DNA of 63,976 bases, filler included, from Craspedostauros australis (Eukaryota), in the NCBI GenBank assembly GCA_030167865.1. It is 5 parts of 5 records of this genome, joined end to end, with 100 filler letters (N's around TTAATTAATTAA, not from the genome) between each part and the next. Parts side by side here need not be neighbours in the genome. Positions count along the whole stretch, not along the records: positions 42,294 to 63,976 come from JALAGF010006715.1; 4 more parts are not named here. One strand, written 5' to 3'. Shown piece by piece: positions 58,009 through 63,976 of the stretch (within the stretch, counting starts at the first letter, position 1; the number at the start of each line of letters is the position of its first letter). The notes under the pieces were generated by a model, which saw only the letters and a program-made list of their open reading frames with translations, made no database searches and was not told the DNA's origin. The translations under genes and the position numbers were made by a program.

Positions 58009-61000
58009 ATGGAATCAACAAGCACACGCTCGATAGCTTTTACGACCACGTCCACATGTACTGCAGCCAAATCGCAAGGCAACAATCCACCACCCCAACT
58101 GCGATGCAACAAGACATCGCTTCGCCTTCACAACACCGTCTTGACGTCAGGAAATGATTTCTACGATGATGGATACAATGAAGTCGAGCTCGACACAGAA
58201 GTGCCAAGCTCGCTCTTTGGCAATCGCCGCAGCGGCATTGATGATGGCGATGATGATTGCGATGATGGCAACGACGACGGCAGAGATGGAATGTTTGGAC
58301 GTGAGGAGGAGCTGCGAACACTCCATCGCACATTCAAGCAGATGATACGCAATTCCAAATCAAAAAGGAATAAGAATAGGACAGGGACCGCCCAGAAGTC
58401 CTCCGCAAATACCACCCTTCCGTCTCAGACATCTATGGATGTGACCACCGATCGATCCTTCGTTCCAGCCGCGTTCGTTTGGGGTACCAGTGGCACGGGC
58501 AAGTCCAAGCTCGTCGACGTCTTCTGTGACCAGTTGCTCCAAACGACCAATACCCGCAAAGGCAGAGGAGTCCGTGTGCTGAAGGGCAAGTTCCAGGAGC
58601 ATCAGCAAGGCAACCCCTTCTCCGCCATCACCCAGGCGCTGTCCGATTGGTGCAAGCAGCTGACTCCCTCGCATTCGCCACTCACTCCCATCAAGGAGGT
58701 CGGCAGCGGGGAGAGGTATGAAGAGATGAGCGACGATGATGGCGATGATGAAGATGTGGATATGGATATGGATGCAGATGGCCACCCAACGAAAACAGCA
58801 GACGATCATCTCAAGACGGACAAGCAGCAGCACCACCACAGCTCGAGCCACTCATCTGAGCTGCAACGTCTCCGATCCATCGTCAGATCAAGCAAGCTCA
58901 CAATGCAACAGAAGGAAGTCCTCGTCGCATTCGTACCGGCGCTATCCATCCTCCTCAATGACGATGACGACAACAGCGTCGTTTCCATCACATCCTCCAA
59001 TGCACGATATTCTCACCTTCCACAGGCATCATCGACAGACACATCATGGAATCAGTTCCAATACACCTTCACTCAGCTCTTGACCCTCATCTCATCCAAG
59101 TACCATCCGGTGGTGATGGTGATGGATGATCTGCAATGGGCGTCACAAGAGTGCATGAATCTCATGTCCACGGCCATGTATCAACCCCACTTCCTGTGGA
59201 TTGGCACAATCCGACAAGAGATCGATCCGCAGTGTCTGGATGAGGTGACGGAGTTGGATGCTGATCTTCCCTTCATGCGCCTCCTCAATGATATGCGGTT
59301 GCAGTGCGCGACAGCATCATCGGGACCGATGAAAACGATGACGACACCATATACCGACATCCACCTGCAGAACTTCAGCAAAGAGGCGCTACGCGACTGG
59401 GTGTCGCAGCTGTTTGATCAGGATGATGATGTCGTGGATGAAACCACCGAGCTTCTGCACGAACAGACCACAGGCAATATCTTCCACACTATCCACCTGC
59501 TACAGGACATGGAGCGCACCAAGGCTTTGACGTACAGCCGCATCACGTTCCAGTGGGAGATCGATGCTTCCCGGCTCAGTTTCACCCCAAGCAACAACAA
59601 TAACACCAGCGATGGCATGGGCGGCAGCAGCCACGCCGCAGCAAACGGTGTGGTCCAACTCATCACATCCAGACTACGATCTCTGCCTGTTCCATTGCAG
59701 AGAGCACTCGTGCTGGCGTCGTACATCCGATCCTCGTTCGAGCTAGACGTACTACAAGCGGTGTGGGACTACGAAGCGCAGCAGAGCTCCACTGGCGGTG
59801 ACATCATTGCTACCGCTCCTCACGTCACCACAAAGGACAACGCAAGAGACAAGGTCAACGAGGCGGACGCTGGCAAGCCGCTTGTAGAGTGGTTGGAACA
59901 AGCTGTTCTGGAGAGCCTCCTCGCAAACTCTATCGGCGGTGCGAGCTATCGCTTCGCACATGACCGCATCCAACAGGCAGCGCGTGAACTCGTGCCGTTC
60001 GGAGAGGCGCGCATGAAGCTTCGTCTGCGGATCGGTCAGTGCCTGTGGGACTTCTGCACAAACACCACCAGCAGCAGTGGTGGCGGTGGCGGTGGCTCGC
60101 CCAACACAGTCACTGATCGAGGAAGCGACAGTGGCATATTCTTCATCGCAGCCGACCATCTCAACTGCGCCCCAACCAAGGATCATTTGACATCGACTCG
60201 ACGCAACCTGCAAGTCGGCGAGCATGCACTTCAGATCGCCGCTTTGGCGCCTGCTGCGACGTACCTCCAGCTTGCGAACACTGCACTACGCAAAGTGAAA
60301 GGTAACCTGTGGCAAGACTACTACGATCTGACGATTCGATTGATGCGTGCTCGGTGTGACGTCGAGCTCTCTCTCAGCCGATTCGACTTGGGATATTCGT
60401 TGGGAAACGAGGTGCTTGAGCATGCACGTTCTGCCCACGACAAGCTCCCCACGTACATTGCAATTGTCAGTGCTCTCGGCAAGCAAGATGACCATGCGAA
60501 AGGGTTACAGTTGGCCCAGGAAGGTGCCCAGATCTGTGGCGAGTATCCCAAGCGATGGTTTGCGTGGCATGGTATATCGCAGCTTCTTTCTGTCAGAGCC
60601 TACTTGAAGAGGACAACAGTGAAGCAGTTCTTGGATCAGAATCCGATCACCGACAACCCACACACATTGCTCTCAATGCGCCTATTGCAGGAGCTTGGAA
60701 TACGAGCACACGCATCCCATGACGTCATGGCATGGGTGGTGGCAACCATGCGAACGATGCAGATCACGAGGCGAGATGGCATCTGCGAGTACTCTGCCGG
60801 TGCCTTGAATTCCTTCGCCTTGGTCCAAGCGGGTATGGGTGAATTTGTGGAGGCTCGCAAGTCTATCGAGCTTGCAAAGGAGATCACACGCCTAGTGGGG
60901 CGTGGGACAAGGACCGAGGGATGGGTATACTACATTTCCAGCTTATTCATCGATCCATACTACAAATCCTGCAATGAAGTCTCGCAGGATCTCCAGCATG

Positions 61001-62124
61001 CCTACACGTCTGGCATGGCAGCTGGCGATGTCGAGCTCAGCGTGCTAACCCTGAATGCGAACGTAATGTTCTCGTTCTTCGATGGGCGCCCCCTCCCCTA
61101 CGTCGTACCTGCCGCAAGGTCTCTCTTCGAGCACATGGAGATATACAAGGTCGATGCATTTCGGGGTACCCTCGATGAATTGTCCATGTTATACAACTGT
61201 ATGCATGGCACCATCGAGTTGGAATGGGACACGCTCATGGACGTCGACAAGTATAGACATGCCATCCCACTCATACGAGGCCCAGCGTATTGGGTCCGAC
61301 TCTACATCGCGGTGTACTTCGGCAAGTTCGAATACGCAGACAAGATGGATCATCTGCTCACGACGAACGGCCTGGATGACCCAACGTTTGCCTTCGTGAC
61401 ATCAGTCCCTTTCCTCTGCGGGTTGATGGCATCTCATCGATACCGACAGACAAAGAAGAAGAAGTACCTCAAGATGCTGCAGCAACGAAGGCGGGAGCTG
61501 AAGAGCATGTGCGACCAGAAAGGAATCAGTGTGTACTATCTGTACTTGATTCTGCGCGCTGAATGGAAGGCCATCAAGGTTGGAGCCACCAGCTCTGCCC
61601 TCGTGGACACCTGCTACGACAATGCCATCATGCATGCCAGAGCCGGAAACCATCTTGACTCAGCAGGACTGGTGAGCGAGCTGGCGGGCAAGCAGCTGCT
61701 GAGGAGCAGCGGCGGCAAGGACCCTCGCATCCGTGGATACTTCACCCAAGCCCTGGGCTTCTACGAGAGATGGGGCTCCGTCCCCAAAGCCAAGAGCTTC
61801 CGTGAAGAGTACGGTGACTACGTTGATGAAGATCGTGTGCGCAAGATGAAGATGGACAACAGCCTCGTCGGGCAAATCAAATCCATCGATCTTCGCGATC
61901 AATCGCAGGAGCATCACAGTCAGGGTGGTTACAGCCAAGATCTGATGTCGCACCAAACACCTGGCTTTGGATTTGCCCAGTCTGTTTCCGACATGATTTC
62001 TAAAGGGCAGGCAAGCAAGGATCCAACAGCGAGAACGCCGAGCGATGATAACGCGAGAAGCAACGGATCGGCGGAAAGTGCTGTCGATGATGACGACATG
62101 TCTCAGCTGACAGACGCATCGTAG
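58009..62124 (+). CDS. STAND ATPase-TPR, paralog 2
   Basis: Gap-free ORF with the same motifs as paralog 1; first ATG at 58009 (the paralog-1 ATG position is ttg here). Confidence 0.92.
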   Translation: MESTSTRSIAFTTTSTCTAAKSQGNNPPPQLRCNKTSLRLHNTVLTSGNDFYDDGYNEVELDTEVPSSLFGNRRSGIDDGDDDCDDGNDDGRDGMFGREEELRTLHRTFKQMIRNSKSKRNKNRTGTAQKSSANTTLPSQTSMDVTTDRSFVPAAFVWGTSGTGKSKLVDVFCDQLLQTTNTRKGRGVRVLKGKFQEHQQGNPFSAITQALSDWCKQLTPSHSPLTPIKEVGSGERYEEMSDDDGDDEDVDMDMDADGHPTKTADDHLKTDKQQHHHSSSHSSELQRLRSIVRSSKLTMQQKEVLVAFVPALSILLNDDDDNSVVSITSSNARYSHLPQASSTDTSWNQFQYTFTQLLTLISSKYHPVVMVMDDLQWASQECMNLMSTAMYQPHFLWIGTIRQEIDPQCLDEVTELDADLPFMRLLNDMRLQCATASSGPMKTMTTPYTDIHLQNFSKEALRDWVSQLFDQDDDVVDETTELLHEQTTGNIFHTIHLLQDMERTKALTYSRITFQWEIDASRLSFTPSNNNNTSDGMGGSSHAAANGVVQLITSRLRSLPVPLQRALVLASYIRSSFELDVLQAVWDYEAQQSSTGGDIIATAPHVTTKDNARDKVNEADAGKPLVEWLEQAVLESLLANSIGGASYRFAHDRIQQAARELVPFGEARMKLRLRIGQCLWDFCTNTTSSSGGGGGGSPNTVTDRGSDSGIFFIAADHLNCAPTKDHLTSTRRNLQVGEHALQIAALAPAATYLQLANTALRKVKGNLWQDYYDLTIRLMRARCDVELSLSRFDLGYSLGNEVLEHARSAHDKLPTYIAIVSALGKQDDHAKGLQLAQEGAQICGEYPKRWFAWHGISQLLSVRAYLKRTTVKQFLDQNPITDNPHTLLSMRLLQELGIRAHASHDVMAWVVATMRTMQITRRDGICEYSAGALNSFALVQAGMGEFVEARKSIELAKEITRLVGRGTRTEGWVYYISSLFIDPYYKSCNEVSQDLQHAYTSGMAAGDVELSVLTLNANVMFSFFDGRPLPYVVPAARSLFEHMEIYKVDAFRGTLDELSMLYNCMHGTIELEWDTLMDVDKYRHAIPLIRGPAYWVRLYIAVYFGKFEYADKMDHLLTTNGLDDPTFAFVTSVPFLCGLMASHRYRQTKKKKYLKMLQQRRRELKSMCDQKGISVYYLYLILRAEWKAIKVGATSSALVDTCYDNAIMHARAGNHLDSAGLVSELAGKQLLRSSGGKDPRIRGYFTQALGFYERWGSVPKAKSFREEYGDYVDEDRVRKMKMDNSLVGQIKSIDLRDQSQEHHSQGGYSQDLMSHQTPGFGFAQSVSDMISKGQASKDPTARTPSDDNARSNGSAESAVDDDDMSQLTDAS

Positions 62125-62550
62125 TCGACGGCACATGAAAGAGTTGAATGTATAATAATCTACCATTATTCCACGGAAAATGGGGTGCACTCGTTGGTGA
62201 AAGCAGAGTCCTCAATTCTAGTTTCTCTGGAGAGAGAGATACCATACATATTAAATAGTAGAACATGGAAGCACACGACGCGATACGAACTCCAACATGT
62301 AGGACTATAGGCTCCATTATCTATGCTCGTTTCGTGTTCTACATCCTAAGCCGCATTTTCCGCGTTTGCTTGCTCCCAACACATCAAACACCAAACCAGA
62401 TGATGCAAAGACACGCAACATACCTTCCACATGCAAAGGGAACGGTTTCTGTCCATCATCCAAGTCCACGAGGGTCAGCATAGGTAGTTCCTCATCGTCA
62501 CTCGCATCAGTCTACTACAGCAGCTCGCGTCAGTGTAAAATGAGGAAATT

Positions 62551-62601
62551 CACTAACCAGGTCGTTTTGGAGGCCAAAGTCCACTAACCAGGTCGTTTTG
62601 G
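62551..62601. repeat. 20 bp direct repeat
   Basis: cactaaccaggtcgttttgg at 62551-62570 and 62582-62601. Confidence 0.85.
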
Positions 62602-62754
62602 TATTGGCCAATCACAATGGCCGTAGTCTTGGCCGGCGCGTCCCTGTGACAACGGCGAAAATAATAATTTAGCCACGAAGCCAACACAAACATTTCAATG
62701 CAGAACAGTGGAAAGTAGTCTAGTTTATGATGTTGTCGATGAATCCTGTTGAGC

Positions 62755-63976
62755 AGAGGGTCAAACCAGCTATTATTGATTGCATACTAACATCAGCCAT
62801 TGGCATGTACCTACCTTGGAACAGCTACATCCAACTGCAAGGAGATTCAGATTACATTTAGTCAGTTCATGTGCTGTCATTCGGTCACTGTGTGTAATGC
62901 GTTGGTCATATGTGCATACAAAATGTCAATCACAATCAGATCCGACCTGGCGCCCACTTCCAAAACACTCCAAAGGATCTGGTCACAAAGTATGAGGTCT
63001 TAGATCCGTCTGGAAGGTAGTCAAATCTGAGAATCTAGATTTCGAGTGGTGCTGTGGGTGACAGTACTGCGAGCTACGCACCATACTGTACAGTAGATTG
63101 CCCATATCTGCATAGAAAACGTCAATCGCAATCGAATCCAACCCTGCGCGCACTTACAACACACTCCAAAGGATCTGGCCACGAAGAATGAGGTCCTAGA
63201 TCCATCTGGAAGGTGTTCAAATCGATGGATCTAGATTTCAAGTGGAACATTGCGTCTTGTGAGGTAGATGGAGCACCGGACTGCCACCTACAGCACCACT
63301 CGGAATCTAGATCCATCGATTTGAACACCTTCCAGATGGATCTAGAACCTCATTCTTCGTGGCCAGATCCTTTGGAGTGTGTTGTAAGTGCGCGCAGGGT
63401 TGGATTCGATTGCGATTGACAGTTTATATGCACATTTTGACAATCTACTGTGCAGTTTGGTGCGTAGCTCACAGTACTGTCACCCACAGCACCACTCGAA
63501 ATCTCCACATCCAGATATGGATGCCTTCCAGATGGACTGGAGACCTCATAGTTCGTGACCAGACGCTTTGGGGTGTGTTGTAAGTGCGTGCCGGGTTGGA
63601 TTTCATTGCGATTGACATTTTCTATGCAAATTTTGACAATCTACTGTACAGTATGGTGCGTAGCTCATAGTACTGTCACCCACACTACATGATATCTAGA
63701 TTCTCAGATATGGATGCCTTCCAGATGGACTGGAGACCTAATACTTCGTGACTGTACTCGCTGAGGTGTTCTCGGAGTGGTGGAGTTGTTGTAATCAAGT
63801 ATGCTTGACATTTTGTATGCACATATGACCAACATAGTACACACAGTGACCGAACGGTATCATGAGAACTGGCTATATGAGATTTATCACTTGTTGCAGC
63901 TGGATCTGGACCGTCCCAAGGTAGGTACATGCCCATGACCGATGTCAGTATGCAATATAGTTGGTTTAACCCTCTC
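62755..63976. mobile_element. Non-coding foldback element (~1.2 kb imperfect palindrome built from ~196 bp subunits)
   Basis: Inner arms 63121-63237 and 63304-63420 are reverse complements (116/117) with a 66 bp spacer; outer arms 62755-62925 and ~63805-63975 are also inverted; subunit repeats start at 62926 and 63122. Confidence 0.85.

Noticed and set aside
63122..63419. Two mirror 68-aa ORFs
   Set aside because: Products of the palindrome, with non-ATG starts; not genes.
63967..63973. Telomeric repeat (TAACCCT)
   Set aside because: Single unit only, within the foldback arm.

Overview
Eukaryotic, almost certainly diatom DNA: it carries a silicon-transporter (SIT) remnant, CoDi-like Copia and Ambal-like retroelements, and spliceosomal GT-AG introns. 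The window is not contiguous. Four N-TTAATTAATTAA-N linkers (~23.7, 28.6, 36.3, 42.2 kb) join five separate contigs. Contig 1: a degenerate element with long inverted repeats encoding a YqaJ/lambda-exonuclease-like domain and a piggyBac-type Cys-rich finger, an ankyrin-BTB pseudogene, an intact ankyrin protein, a deleted SIT pseudogene, an ER-retained (signal peptide + HDEL) SET-domain protein, an OS-9/ERLEC1-like lectin and a secreted amidohydrolase-3. Contigs 2-3: Copia pieces, a Sola-like transposase fragment and a secreted Cys-rich/PTS-rich protein flanked by an inverted pair of LTR-like ends. Contig 4: a 5-exon gametolysin (M11)-like metalloprotease with a triplicated domain and a silaffin-like Lys/Ser tail. 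Contig 5: a 5'-truncated Ambal-like LINE, a CTC1-like gene, two tandem STAND ATPase-TPR paralogs whose differences cluster in the helical repeat region, and a 1.2 kb foldback palindrome. No tRNA, rRNA or CRISPR array was seen. All family calls come from motif recognition by eye, not from database searches.
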